A stretch of DNA of 64,000 bases from a virus: IMG/VR virus record IMGVR_UViG_3300035704_000002, positions 1 through 64,000 of that record; one strand, written 5' to 3'. Below are positions 1 through 9,086 of the stretch, piece by piece. Under the pieces are notes generated by a model. It worked only from the letters and a program-made list of their open reading frames with translations. It was not told where the DNA came from and ran no database searches. Position numbers and translations under genes: made by a program. Each line of letters opens with the position of its first letter. Positions within the stretch are counted from its first letter, which is position 1.

Positions 1-134
1 TGCCGGCTGGTCAGGATGCCGCCGAGGCGTTCTACCGGATCATCGATGCCGCCTACGAACGTCGTTCGATCGCGGTGACCAGCAATATTCACCCCAGCGG
101 CTTCGATTCGATCATGCCCAAGACCCTGGCTACC
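1..134 (+). pseudogene. istB: IS21-family helper ATPase (IstB) internal fragment, broken at about 134
   Basis: Reads PAGQDAAEAFYRIIDAAYERRSIAVTSNIHPSGFDSIMPKTLAT, typical of IstB; the expected DRLLHH continuation is absent and a stop follows at 141-143. Confidence 0.8.
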
Positions 135-400
135 GAGTCGTAGGTGGCGCCGTGCACGAGGATCAGCACGGTGCGCGGCGAGCGGCCACGGGGGGCGCAG
201 TCGTGCGCGGCCAGTGTGACAGCTTGCCCGGTCGGCAGGCGTGCGGGGATGGTGACCAGGTGACAGGAACCCAGCCGGGCGGGCGGGTCGGCGAAGGGCG
301 GCAGCCCGAACGGCGTGGCGGTGGTATGCGCCGACGCGGCCGGCGCGAACGTGAACAGCAGGAGCAGGGCCGCCAGTAGGGCGGTGATCCGATTTATCAT
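89..400 (-). pseudogene. N-terminal fragment of a secreted alpha/beta hydrolase, truncated at the istB junction
   Basis: Signal peptide, then TVLILVHGATYD motif; sequence switches to istB antisense at about 134. Confidence 0.6.
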
Positions 401-406
401 TCGCTG

Positions 407-435
407 AGACTAGCCTGGTTGACCAGGTCAGTTGC
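407..435 (-). promoter_or_regulatory. Conserved promoter/operator copy (weak -35), leaderless
   Basis: GACCTGGTCAACCAGGC-TAGTCT-6 nt-ATG(400). Confidence 0.6.
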
Positions 436-438
436 TCT

Positions 439-488
439 GGCGGATCGCAGCCTGCCGGGCGGCGGATCGCAGCCTGCCGGGCGGCGGA
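439..488. repeat. 22-bp tandem duplication (about 2.3 copies)
   Basis: ggcggatcgcagcctgccgggc at 439-460 and 461-482, plus a partial copy. Confidence 0.9.
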
Positions 489-622
489 ACGTGAACGCAC
501 CCGGCGTGGCGACCGGTCCTGCGGACCGGCGGCGGAGGAGCGGCGCAGGTTCTGCACGCGGGAAACGCGCACGGGTGCGGCGTAGTCCTGGCCTTCGGTG
601 AAGCCGAACCGCTTGGCCTTGC

Positions 623-1033
623 TCATCGTCCGCTCCTTCGCGATTCGGTGGAGTTGTCCCATTCTTCGCTGGTCGCGTCGAAGATGGACACGTTGCCGGG
701 CCTGACGTCGGCCGGCTCGCGGTTCGCCGCGCGGGCTGCCGCCAGGTCGAGAGCCAAACTCGTGGCAGTCAATGAAGCCGAAGGCGTCGCTTCTTTCTCG
801 TGAGTGATCCACTCCAGTACGGTGGCGCGCTTGCCACGCTGACTGTTTCCCACGATCGCGGACAGGTTGTCGGCGAAGGTCACGGCACCGGCGCGGGTGA
901 ACTTGACCCGGATCGTGTCGGTGCCGCGCGTGCACGTGGCGTGCGTGATGTCGCGCTGCTCCACGTGCCAGCCGGCATCGATCGCGGTGGCGACGATCTC
1001 GGCGCGAGCGCTGGAGAACGTGGTGGTGGGCAT
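623..1033 (-). CDS. hypothetical phage protein
   Basis: ATG 6 nt after the -10 of the motif promoter. Confidence 0.7.
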   Translation of the reverse strand: MPTTTFSSARAEIVATAIDAGWHVEQRDITHATCTRGTDTIRVKFTRAGAVTFADNLSAIVGNSQRGKRATVLEWITHEKEATPSASLTATSLALDLAAARAANREPADVRPGNVSIFDATSEEWDNSTESRRSGR

Positions 1034-1039
1034 GCCACT

Positions 1040-1068
1040 AGTGTAGCCTACCTATCCAGGCTTGACAA
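1040..1068 (-). promoter_or_regulatory. Conserved promoter/operator copy, leaderless
   Basis: TTGTCA-AGCCTGGATAGGTAGGC-TACACT-6 nt-ATG(1033). Confidence 0.85.
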
Positions 1069-1954
1069 GCTCATGGAACCACGGCAGCGGCACCGGTAGA
1101 TCCTGCTTGCGCAGTAGTTCCAGCCACCACCGCGTGGCGTACTTCAGGCAGTAGGTGCACCGGGCGTGGTCGCACTCGGGCAGTCGGATGTCGTTCTTGC
1201 GAGCATGCAGCGACCACGCCTGAGAGTCGCAACTGGTCACGCAGTCGCCGATCAGCGTCAGGCCGGATGCCTTGAGGCCGAACCCGTGCAATGGCAGGTA
1301 CTCCGGGTCGCGGGCGCACGAGCGGATCGTGTCGAACACGTCACGGATCTCGGCCGTCGACTGTCGCGTGCACACCGACCCGACACCGATGATCGGCACG
1401 TTCTCCAGGTCGATGTTCGGCCACGGTCGACCGACCAGTGTCCGCGTCGCTCGGTCCGGGTCGTGGAACAGTTCCCAGCACTGTCGGTAGCCCCCGATTG
1501 TCCAGGACTGCAACACGGGCATGATCGGGTTTTCCGGGTGGTTGGTTTCGCCGCGCTCGGCCGCGTCCTCCCACAACCTGTACAGGGTCACGTAACTGGC
1601 GACCGAGCGGCGTTGGTGTTCCAGTTCGGACAGTCCGGTGCGGGCCAGTATTGCCGGTTCACACATCCAGTCTTGCGGTGACACCCAGCACAGGTTTCCG
1701 ATCTCACGGTCGTAGCGCAAAATGTCGATCATGTATCGCTCGGCACTGATCGTCCAGCGGCCGTGTTCCTCCAGCTCCTTGAAGCCGCGCGAATCCAGCG
1801 CCCACGTGCCGTACTGCGGTGACCGGGGCAGCTTGCGCACCAGCCGGCGCAGCCGTCCGTAGGACACGAACAGCGGCACCTCGGTGCGCTCGATCCAGGC
1901 CGGTTCGGGCGCGCCGAGGTAGACGAACGTGCTCCGTCCGTCGTACTCGCTCAT
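1052..1954 (-). CDS. Queuine tRNA-ribosyltransferase-like / DpdA-like putative DNA base-exchange protein
   Basis: WALDSRGF, PQDWMCEP, PVLQ, GVGSVC, LHGFG and SCDSQAWS motifs; C-terminal Cys/His cluster. Confidence 0.7.
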   Translation of the reverse strand: MSEYDGRSTFVYLGAPEPAWIERTEVPLFVSYGRLRRLVRKLPRSPQYGTWALDSRGFKELEEHGRWTISAERYMIDILRYDREIGNLCWVSPQDWMCEPAILARTGLSELEHQRRSVASYVTLYRLWEDAAERGETNHPENPIMPVLQSWTIGGYRQCWELFHDPDRATRTLVGRPWPNIDLENVPIIGVGSVCTRQSTAEIRDVFDTIRSCARDPEYLPLHGFGLKASGLTLIGDCVTSCDSQAWSLHARKNDIRLPECDHARCTYCLKYATRWWLELLRKQDLPVPLPWFHELVKPG

Positions 1955-2039
1955 GGTGCGGTGACCGTCACGTTCGCGGTGCGGACACCGGTGCCGTCAC
2001 GGTGCGAAGGAGGGAGGGCGTCCGGGACGTCCACGTGAG

Positions 2040-2360
2040 TCACAGCGCGGCCGGCGAGGTGTCCGGGTCGGGCACCCACGGTGTGCAGATTTCGCACAGC
2101 ATCGCGATCGGGCCGTCACCACGGCGGGCAAGGCTGAGGCATTCCCACTTGGTGTACTCGTCACGGTCGCCTTCCAGCACGAAGCCGACGATGTCGCCGC
2201 ACCGCGCACATAGCAGGCTGTCCACCTGTTCGCCGATGACGCCGAGAGCTTCCCGGTACGGCTCCGGCAGATCATGGTACTGATCGGCGATGCAGCCCGG
2301 TTCGGTGCGCGAGAACGGTGGTTCCTCGAAGTAGATGAATTCGATCGCGGTGAGGGACAC
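2040..2360 (-). CDS. hypothetical Zn-ribbon protein
   Basis: Two CxxC pairs, operon packing. Confidence 0.6.
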   Translation of the reverse strand: MSLTAIEFIYFEEPPFSRTEPGCIADQYHDLPEPYREALGVIGEQVDSLLCARCGDIVGFVLEGDRDEYTKWECLSLARRGDGPIAMLCEICTPWVPDPDTSPAAL

Positions 2361-2366
2361 CGGTTT

Positions 2367-2696
2367 CTACCCTTCTGTTGGATCAACCCGGAAGATCGAA
2401 CCGTTCTGGCGCAACCACAGTGCCAGTCGCAGGTACTCCCGGTAGTCCTCCCGGCGGCAGGCGCGCTGCGCCGCCAGCAGGTCGGCACGGGGCCGGCCAG
2501 CGTCGGCGGGAATGGCGGACTTCGGGCGGTAGCGCCGTAGACGCCCCTGAAGGGTGCGGCTGTTGTGCAGTTTCTTGGTGGGTGTACCGACTCGGGCCAG
2601 CTTCGCCCGGACGCTCGGTCGTGTCGAGTAGGGGTCCACCATCACGACGGGCATGTAAACGCACCACACGCCTGACGGTTGTTCGCACTCCGGCAC
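2367..2696 (-). CDS. hypothetical protein
   Basis: Operon packing, CxxxxxxC near the N-terminus. Confidence 0.5.
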   Translation of the reverse strand: MPECEQPSGVWCVYMPVVMVDPYSTRPSVRAKLARVGTPTKKLHNSRTLQGRLRRYRPKSAIPADAGRPRADLLAAQRACRREDYREYLRLALWLRQNGSIFRVDPTEG

Positions 2697-2771
2697 TTGA
2701 TGCGCAGCCCATCCAGCTCGACCGGCGCCAGTTCCCGATCGGGCGGCGTTGGTGATGTGGCCATCGGCATC

Positions 2772-3011
2772 TCAGATCGGTTCGATGTGGACGGATTCCA
2801 CTCGGATGTGAACGCGCGCCCGGCTGGTCGGCATACCGGCCGGCAGTTGGCCGACGCGGTGGAACGACACTGGCGTGACCTTCACGACGCGCGTTCCGTC
2901 CGGCAGTGTGATCAGGCTGGCGTTGAACTGGCCGAGCGCGCTCAGGATGTCGATCGGTTCGCCGGTGATCGTCTCGGCGGTAACCAGGAACTCGATCGAG
3001 TTCGGCGTCAT
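2772..3011 (-). CDS. hypothetical protein
   Basis: ATGA overlap with the upstream gene. Confidence 0.6.
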   Translation of the reverse strand: MTPNSIEFLVTAETITGEPIDILSALGQFNASLITLPDGTRVVKVTPVSFHRVGQLPAGMPTSRARVHIRVESVHIEPI

Positions 3012-3334
3012 GGCGACACCGCGAGGGTGGCGGCCAGCCGGTCGCGGTGCGCGGTCAACTCCGTGATCACCTTGTTCAGGTCGGCGACGATCTGCCCGGT
3101 GAACTCGCGTACCTTCGCGTCGACTTCCCCGCTCGGGTAGCAGGTTCCGAACGCCACCGTGTTGACCGTGACGGTCTCGCCGGACACGTCCACATACTCA
3201 GCGTTCAGGCCGTGGTGATGGAACGGCGCGCTGGCCAGCACGCCGAGCTGGCGATGCAAGCTCGGGTGCCGACAGCACTCCAGCGGCGCGCGGGTGTCGA
3301 GCACCCACCGGGACGCGGTGCCCTCCCGGTTCAT
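3008..3334 (-). CDS. hypothetical protein
   Basis: ATGA overlaps on both sides. Confidence 0.6.
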   Translation of the reverse strand: MNREGTASRWVLDTRAPLECCRHPSLHRQLGVLASAPFHHHGLNAEYVDVSGETVTVNTVAFGTCYPSGEVDAKVREFTGQIVADLNKVITELTAHRDRLAATLAVSP

Positions 3335-3597
3335 GCGATCACGGTCCAGCAGGCTTCGATCAGGCCGATGTCGCTGCGAACGGATTGGGCGTCGGTGACC
3401 AGTTCCCGCGCGCTGGCCAGGAATCGGCGCTTACCGTCGCTCGTGGACGCGGCCAGCGCGCTGTTCACCGCGTCGTCGGCCTGCGCCAGCAGATCGGCCT
3501 CCTGCGCGATCAGCTCGGCGTGGCGGGCGTCCAGCGCGGTGGTCGCGCTGGCCAGGTCGGTGATGGACGACAGGCCGGTCAGGGTTGGGGCGGACAT
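3331..3597 (-). CDS. hypothetical helical protein
   Basis: GGAGG RBS before ATG 3597. Confidence 0.65.
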   Translation of the reverse strand: MSAPTLTGLSSITDLASATTALDARHAELIAQEADLLAQADDAVNSALAASTSDGKRRFLASARELVTDAQSVRSDIGLIEACWTVIA

Positions 3598-3638
3598 GAT
3601 GACCTCCGGGGTGATTGATGGGGTGAAGTTCGCGGGGG

Positions 3639-3911
3639 TTAGCACGCCGCGATGGCGGCCTGGATCAGCGCCCTGTAGCGGGCGCGCAGTCGGATGGAGA
3701 AGCAGTGCAGGCACAGGTGCGAGAGCTTGACCTCATTCGCCAGCAGCACATCGCAGGTGTCGGCGTCATCGGGCACCTCGGCGATCGTGATGGCGGTGGC
3801 GAGCCGAGCGGCACCGTGGCGGCACAGGATGTGCTGCGCGTCGACACCGTGGGCCAGGTGGACCTTGCGGTCCTCGCTGATGCGCCCGATGGTGGTCCGG
3901 TATTCGCTCAT
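3639..3911 (-). CDS. hypothetical protein
   Basis: Leaderless start after a motif promoter. Confidence 0.7.
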   Translation of the reverse strand: MSEYRTTIGRISEDRKVHLAHGVDAQHILCRHGAARLATAITIAEVPDDADTCDVLLANEVKLSHLCLHCFSIRLRARYRALIQAAIAAC

Positions 3912-3917
3912 GTTGCT

Positions 3918-3946
3918 AGTCTAGCCTAGCTATTGCGGCTTGTCTA
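3918..3946 (-). promoter_or_regulatory. Conserved promoter/operator copy, leaderless
   Basis: TAGACA-AGCCGCAATAGCTAGGC-TAGACT-6 nt-ATG(3911). Confidence 0.85.
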
Positions 3947-3964
3947 GTCTTGCCGTGGGACGCG

Positions 3965-3996
3965 GCAGCGCCCGACGCACGGACGCCGGGCGCTGC
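3965..3996. terminator. GC-rich hairpin, probable terminator
   Basis: gcagcgcccg / cgggcgctgc inverted repeat. Confidence 0.55.
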
Positions 3997-4005
3997 TGAT
4001 GCGGG

Positions 4006-4080
4006 CTACTTGCCGTTGCCCTTGGCCTTTTCCAGAATCTCGTTGGCTTCCTCGATCTCGGTGCCGCCACCGGGGATCAT
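4006..4080 (-). CDS. 24-aa small peptide MIPGGGTEIEEANEILEKAKGNGK
   Basis: GAAAGG RBS, GC3-biased codons, hairpin just downstream. Confidence 0.5.
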   Translation of the reverse strand: MIPGGGTEIEEANEILEKAKGNGK

Positions 4081-4145
4081 GCGTACCGCCTTTCCTCTCG
4101 AACATCACGCCTGACGGTTGCCGGACGCGAAAACAAATGGGTGCA

Positions 4146-4484
4146 TCAATGGTCGTCGTCGGGTGGTGGTCCGATCAGTTGGCGGCGTGTTGCCGCCAGA
4201 TCGGTGACACCGCGAGCGATCCAGGCGGCTTCAGTGGTCGGACACGGCCACGGGCCGCCGTAGCCACAGGGGCACCGGTCCATACCCGCGTACACATCGG
4301 GCGCGATGCACGTGGTCGTGAGTCGCTTCGCGATCTCGGCCAGTCGCGTCGTCAGGCGCTCCGTCTCGTCAGCCAGCCGTTCGGCCGCGCGCGCCACGTT
4401 CAGCACTTCGGGCTGATAGGTCGCGGTGGGCATGTCGAAATCATGCGTTCGGCGCACGATGTCGATGTCGTCGCTGATCGACAT
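4146..4484 (-). CDS. hypothetical protein
   Basis: CPCG...WPCPT motif, operon packing. Confidence 0.6.
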   Translation of the reverse strand: MSISDDIDIVRRTHDFDMPTATYQPEVLNVARAAERLADETERLTTRLAEIAKRLTTTCIAPDVYAGMDRCPCGYGGPWPCPTTEAAWIARGVTDLAATRRQLIGPPPDDDH

Positions 4485-4685
4485 TCAATCATCCTCACTT
4501 CGGTCGTGCTTGGGCACGTAGCAGCCGATAACAGGCGCGGCGATCAGCAGAACCAGCGAGATGATCAGGTCTGCGACGAACCACCCTTCCTGGCCGGCGA
4601 GACCGAGTCCGGCGCCAAGTAGGAAGATGGCGCCACCGGCGCCGGTCAGCGTCGCGGCGACCAGGTCGCGAACGGGCACGGCCAC
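4485..4685 (-). CDS. small membrane protein
   Basis: Two hydrophobic segments. Confidence 0.55.
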   Translation of the reverse strand: MAVPVRDLVAATLTGAGGAIFLLGAGLGLAGQEGWFVADLIISLVLLIAAPVIGCYVPKHDRSEDD

Positions 4686-4690
4686 GACGT

Positions 4691-4894
4691 TTACGCTTCC
4701 TCGTCGTCGTCCTCGGTGTTGCACTCCTCGCAGGATTCGCGTGGCTCCTCCTCGTGCTCGGGGCACATTTCGGCCGCGTACGCCTCACTGTCGCCGGCCG
4801 CACGGTGCGCGTCGCGTGCCTGTTCGGCCAAGGCAAAGGACCACAGCCCGCTCTCCACGCAGCCCTCATCGTTGAACACGCCAAACTCGATCAT
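4691..4894 (-). CDS. small acidic Cys-rich protein
   Basis: MIEFGVFNDEG...CPEH...CEEC. Confidence 0.6.
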   Translation of the reverse strand: MIEFGVFNDEGCVESGLWSFALAEQARDAHRAAGDSEAYAAEMCPEHEEEPRESCEECNTEDDDEEA

Positions 4895-4910
4895 CGTGGT
4901 CTCGTTTCGG

Positions 4911-5273
4911 TCAGGCGGCTGCGCGGATGCGGGCAGCGGCGGCGTGGTAGCAGCGCCGGCCGTGGCGGCCGGCAGGGCAGGTGCAACCACCGGTGGCGGC
5001 GTCGACCTCGTAGGTGGCGTCACCGCGCGAGCTGCGGACGAAGTAGAGCTTGTGGATGCGGTGGCGGATGGAGCCGTCGGCGATCAGCGTGACGGCCTTG
5101 GTCATCTGCTCATCGGTGTAGTCGCCGGTGACGGCGACGGCGTAGGTGGCGGCGGCGAGTTCGGCGACGCGCTTGACGGCGCAGGTCGGTCCGTAGCCGC
5201 GAGCGGTGGAACGCGGGTCGGTGAGTACGCGGTGGCAGCGTTCGCACTTGACGGTGGTCGCGTTCTCGTTCAT
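4911..5273 (-). CDS. DUF6011-like plus SWIM zinc-finger protein
   Basis: CERCHRVLTDPRSTARGYGPTC and CTCPAG...CYH motifs. Confidence 0.75.
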   Translation of the reverse strand: MNENATTVKCERCHRVLTDPRSTARGYGPTCAVKRVAELAAATYAVAVTGDYTDEQMTKAVTLIADGSIRHRIHKLYFVRSSRGDATYEVDAATGGCTCPAGRHGRRCYHAAAARIRAAA

Positions 5274-5279
5274 ACGGCG

Positions 5280-5308
5280 AATCTAGCCTAGTTGAACCGG
5301 CTAGGCAA
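5280..5308 (-). promoter_or_regulatory. Conserved promoter/operator copy, leaderless
   Basis: TTGCCT-AGCCGGTTCAACTAGGC-TAGATT-6 nt-ATG(5273). Confidence 0.8.
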
Positions 5309-5392
5309 GCTCAGGGTTTTCAGGGTTTCCAACTCGCGCGCGCACCATGCAACCCGTTCCCGCCGACCGGGCCGGGCGACACGCTCAGGTGC

Positions 5393-5987
5393 ATGACCAC
5401 TACCTACATCACGCCGCTCTTGCCGGTCACCACAACGATGTTCGAGACCGCGCGGGTCGGAATAGCCCAGCACGCACCAGGGTTACCGTCGCTCACGTGG
5501 GATCGGTTCACCGACACGACACAGTGGACGCTCATTCCCGATGACCGTGGCGCGCTGTCCAAGGCCGAAACCACCTTGCTGCGCACGAAGTTCCGCACGG
5601 TGCGACTGAACATCTGGTTCCGGGCCGACCTGCGCGGTGGCGACAAGCCGATGCCGCACTCCCACCCGTGGGAGTCGTTCACCGCACATGTGCTCGCGCA
5701 CGGCTACACCGAAGATCGCTATGACGTCACCGAGCACGGCCTGGCCGTGCCCACCTACGGCGTCACGCACGAGAGCCCCGGCACCAACCGCGTCGATCAC
5801 GCCACCTACCACGAGGTCACCGAGGTGCACGAGCCCGGCGCCACCCTGAGCCTGATGGTGTGCGGCGCCGGCCGGCGCGGCGACTGGGGATCTGGATGTG
5901 GACAGCGGGCAACACCGGCCGGCGCTGCTCGATCCCGACTTCACCGCGATGCTGCGCGCGCTCAATCCGCACCTGGGCGCGCTGTAA
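5393..5987 (+). pseudogene. cupin-like protein with an apparent frameshift near 5891
   Basis: PHSHPW...GYTE...YHEV motif; after GDWG a natural-looking tail LDVDSGQHRPALLDPDFTAMLRALNPHLGAL* lies in a shifted frame. Confidence 0.55.
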
Positions 5988-6161
5988 CCGTTACCTGTTC
6001 GTGATTGGAATCGCGGGGGGAACCGTACGTGGCCTGACCTATACCTATAACGAGCACTTGCGGAGGCAGCGAAACGGCCCCCGAAACTGGAACGGGGGCC
6101 GGCCCGCGCGCGGCTCCCGGCACCACCAGGAGGCCGCCGAACCTACGGCTGTAACCGGGAC

Positions 6162-6746
6162 TCAGTGTATCTCGGGCTCCGGGTGCGCCAGGTTGCCATC
6201 GGCGCATGTCGACAGCGGCACGGACACGGTGGTCCGCACGGCGTGCCAGTCCTGCCAGTGCACGCCGCGCGCCGACTGCGGAACCCAGCGGGTCGGCTGG
6301 ATCGTCAGACCGCACGTGGTGCATGTCGCGGTCGGCGCGGGCGGGGCCAGCACGATGACGTCGGCCTGTCCGAACACGGGCGCGTCGTTCAGGATCGCCG
6401 CCAGCTCGGTTCGCTGCGCCTCGAACGTGGCCAGGTCTTCACGCGCCCACTCACGCCACCGGGCCGCCGTGTGCGCGCTCATCCCCATGCGCGCGATGGC
6501 GCGCTCGGCGTTGCCGCGCAGCCGGTCGCGGTAGGAGGTCGCGAAGGTAGGCAGGCGCACGGTTCGCACGAGGTCGGTCACGCAGTCGCGGGCCGAGGTG
6601 CCGTTGACGCCGGTGGAGATGTCGCGGTTGCGGTGGGAGTGGCCGCACTCGAACACGATGCGACGGCCGGACCGCAGAACGCCCGAGTAGCCGGCATCAC
6701 CGCTCTGGGTGCCGATGATGAAGCGCGGGGCGGTGGTCATCGTCAT
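6162..6746 (-). CDS. hypothetical protein
   Basis: Leaderless start after a motif promoter; ECGHSH motif. Confidence 0.7.
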   Translation of the reverse strand: MTMTTAPRFIIGTQSGDAGYSGVLRSGRRIVFECGHSHRNRDISTGVNGTSARDCVTDLVRTVRLPTFATSYRDRLRGNAERAIARMGMSAHTAARWREWAREDLATFEAQRTELAAILNDAPVFGQADVIVLAPPAPTATCTTCGLTIQPTRWVPQSARGVHWQDWHAVRTTVSVPLSTCADGNLAHPEPEIH

Positions 6747-6752
6747 GTAGTT

Positions 6753-6781
6753 AGTCTAGCCGTATTAGCTAGGCTTGTCTA
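6753..6781 (-). promoter_or_regulatory. Conserved promoter/operator copy, leaderless
   Basis: TAGACA-AGCCTAGCTAATACGGC-TAGACT-6 nt-ATG(6746). Confidence 0.85.
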
Positions 6782-6967
6782 GCCATGACCACGCGCGTTG
6801 TCCCCGTTGAGTGCGTCAGTGAACCGCAACGTGTCCGACGCCGACTCTGTCGCCGAGCGCGTCGTGGAACTCAGGCCGGCCGGGCGGCCGGTGCTCGACT
6901 CCACCACCTCGCCCCGGAACCGGCCGTCATCGGTCGGCGTCACTTTGGCCACATACTGTCTACGCAC
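6779..6967 (-). CDS. hypothetical protein
   Basis: Operon packing. Confidence 0.45.
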   Translation of the reverse strand: MRRQYVAKVTPTDDGRFRGEVVESSTGRPAGLSSTTRSATESASDTLRFTDALNGDNARGHG

Positions 6968-7292
6968 TGTCCCGCCTTTGGCTCGTTTCTACCTGACGCA
7001 AAAACTCCTCGGGGTGCCGCGACGGCATCATCACCCGGCAGCATTCATCCTCGCGCCACTGCCCGTCACGGAAGTTCAGCGTTCCCGCGTACACCGCGTT
7101 GTACTGCTCCTCTGTCATCGACTTGCCGGGGCACTCATCCGGCCATGCGCCTTCGAACGCCCGGCACCGCGTGCACGCCGACAAGCCACCCGCACAGAAC
7201 ATGCACGACCAGCCGCCGTCCTCATGCTCACCGGGGCACACGAAGTCGATGTGCCCGTCGGACTTCGCTTCCTGGTTGCTCATCGTGATCAC
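6960..7292 (-). CDS. Cys-rich hypothetical protein
   Basis: CMFCAGGLSACTRC...EGAWPDECPG. Confidence 0.65.
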   Translation of the reverse strand: MITMSNQEAKSDGHIDFVCPGEHEDGGWSCMFCAGGLSACTRCRAFEGAWPDECPGKSMTEEQYNAVYAGTLNFRDGQWREDECCRVMMPSRHPEEFLRQVETSQRRDSA

Positions 7293-7306
7293 CTATTCCG
7301 TTTCAC

Positions 7307-7711
7307 TTAGCCGGGCCAGTAGTCCGCCAGGACGACCCGAGGCCGTGAGCGTGGCGTAGCGGAACCAATCCGTATGATTTTGAGTCGCTCCGGTCGCCAC
7401 TCGTTCGGCATCTGGTGGGGATGCCAGTGTGCTCCACGTGTGGCGCTTTTCGGGTTTAGCGCCATCGCGGCTTCCGGGGAGGCTGCGATGACCACAGCAC
7501 CGCAAAATTCGTCGTAATTTTGCTGGTCAACCCGCTTGATCAGGTAGATGTTCATGGTGTGTCCGGCTCGGCGGGCGCGCATCCGTGTCAGACGTTGCTG
7601 ATCCGTCGGCGCTGCCCAGCCGTGCCAGCCGACGGAGTCCGTGTAGCGCTGGCAGTGCATTCGTTGCGGGATGTCGCAGTGCCGGCACGCGTCCGGGTCG
7701 GCGATGATCAT
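7307..7711 (-). CDS. hypothetical protein (possible second start at 7555)
   Basis: CRHC motif, then MNIYLIKRVD...YDEFCGAVVIA domain in the same frame. Confidence 0.55.
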   Translation of the reverse strand: MIIADPDACRHCDIPQRMHCQRYTDSVGWHGWAAPTDQQRLTRMRARRAGHTMNIYLIKRVDQQNYDEFCGAVVIAASPEAAMALNPKSATRGAHWHPHQMPNEWRPERLKIIRIGSATPRSRPRVVLADYWPG

Positions 7712-7896
7712 TCGGTGCCGCGCCGAACAGGCGCGTTCTCGCGCGGCACGTTGGTGCTGACGAACGCGCCGGCCTCCCGGTAGGAGTTGCCCAGACCGAC
7801 CGGGTCTTGCGTCCACGTCACGATCACTTGATTCGGCGGGAAGGCCACCGTAAGCCTGTAAGTGGGCATCATTCGCGCTCCCGTCCTTCCGCAGGA

Positions 7897-8334
7897 TCAG
7901 TCTTCTGTGGATTCGTCGCGGTTCAGCCAGAAGCAGGCGTCACTCCAGATTCGCGCCGCGCTGCGCGCCGGCCGCGTTCGCGGCGCCGAGTCGGGCCGCC
8001 GCGCGGTGCTCCAACCGGTCGGCCCATCCATGCGCGCTGCCCGGTCGGCCTCACGCTCCTCCATCGGGCGCGGGTCGTTGTCGATCTCGGGCTCGGCGAC
8101 GTCCAGACCGGCGGCGCGCAGTGCGGCCACGGCGGCGTTGATCATCCAGTTCTTGGCCAGACGATCGCGGCTCTGTCGGATGCCGCACATGCTCAGGCTG
8201 CGAAACCAGCGCCATCCCGAACCGGTCAGGATCCCGTAACTGCCGTCGCCGCGCGTCGTGCCCTGAACCAGGGTGCCCTCGGCGAAGCTGTGGGTAATGG
8301 TGATCACTGTGAGGCTCTCCTCGCTGGTGGACAC
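7897..8334 (-). pseudogene. DUF3560-like protein N-terminus, frameshifted or truncated
   Basis: ITHSFAEGTLVQGTTRGDG...GWRWFRSL...SRDR; ADRLEHRAAAR continues in another frame and stops early. Confidence 0.55.
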
Positions 8335-8341
8335 ACCTTTG

Positions 8342-8370
8342 AATATAGCCTGATTAACTAGGCTTGTCTA
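8342..8370 (-). promoter_or_regulatory. Conserved promoter/operator copy, leaderless
   Basis: TAGACA-AGCCTAGTTAATCAGGC-TATATT-7 nt-GTG(8334). Confidence 0.85.
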
Positions 8371-8380
8371 GCTCGGGTAG

Positions 8381-8590
8381 CTAGCTTACCTGCTGCTGCG
8401 CCGCGATCTGCTCGCGTAGCCCGACCGGCGCCGCGCCCCACTTGTAGATGGCCAGAAGCCACCCGCCGTCCCGTTCGCGCTGTTGCCGGGATGCCCTTAC
8501 CTGACGCAGTGTTCCGATGTCCAGCTTGATCGGAACACTGTCCACGTAGGCCGGATGCGATCCCCACAGCGTCCATTCCCCGATAGTCAT
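8381..8590 (-). CDS. hypothetical protein
   Basis: AAGAGG RBS, operon packing. Confidence 0.55.
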   Translation of the reverse strand: MTIGEWTLWGSHPAYVDSVPIKLDIGTLRQVRASRQQRERDGGWLLAIYKWGAAPVGLREQIAAQQQVS

Positions 8591-8607
8591 TACGGCCTCT
8601 TTGGTGA

Positions 8608-9051
8608 CTAGTCGTTGTCCCAGATCTGCACGCTGAATGTGCCGTCAGAACCCTTGTACTGGGTTGCGCCGGGGTTGTTGTAGTAAATGCGCCCTTCGCC
8701 GTGGGCGCCGGAGTGCACCGTGCGGTAACCGCTCCGGCGACGCGGCTGGTAGTCCAAGGCGTCTTCGCCGGGCACTGGCTGGCGCTCGGGATGCTGTGAC
8801 ACAGCGGCCGGGTCGTTGCGGCTGAACTCCCACACCGCGTACTCCACGCCCAGCTTGGTGTTGGCGTTGTTGAGGTTCGTCGGGTAGACGATTGTGGTCG
8901 ACCCGTTCGACTTGCTGACGGTGACACGTTCGCCGATGCGCAGGTCGGCGGTCGGACCGATGATCATCCAGCAGTCGCGGGCGCGGGTGAAGACGGTACG
9001 ACCCGCCTTCACGTGCTCGAACAGCTGCCGCGCCTTGGCTTTTGCGTCCAT
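8608..9051 (-). CDS. hypothetical protein
   Basis: Leaderless start after a motif promoter. Confidence 0.7.
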   Translation of the reverse strand: MDAKAKARQLFEHVKAGRTVFTRARDCWMIIGPTADLRIGERVTVSKSNGSTTIVYPTNLNNANTKLGVEYAVWEFSRNDPAAVSQHPERQPVPGEDALDYQPRRRSGYRTVHSGAHGEGRIYYNNPGATQYKGSDGTFSVQIWDND

Positions 9052-9057
9052 AACTTA

Positions 9058-9086
9058 AGTGTAGCCTAGTTGACACGGCTTGTCGA
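9058..9086 (-). promoter_or_regulatory. Conserved promoter/operator copy, leaderless
   Basis: TCGACA-AGCCGTGTCAACTAGGC-TACACT-6 nt-ATG(9051). Confidence 0.85.

Noticed and set aside
2667-4120. 15-bp exact repeat cacgcctgacggttg at 2667 and 4106
   Set aside because: Only two copies, one inside a probable CDS, with no consistent context
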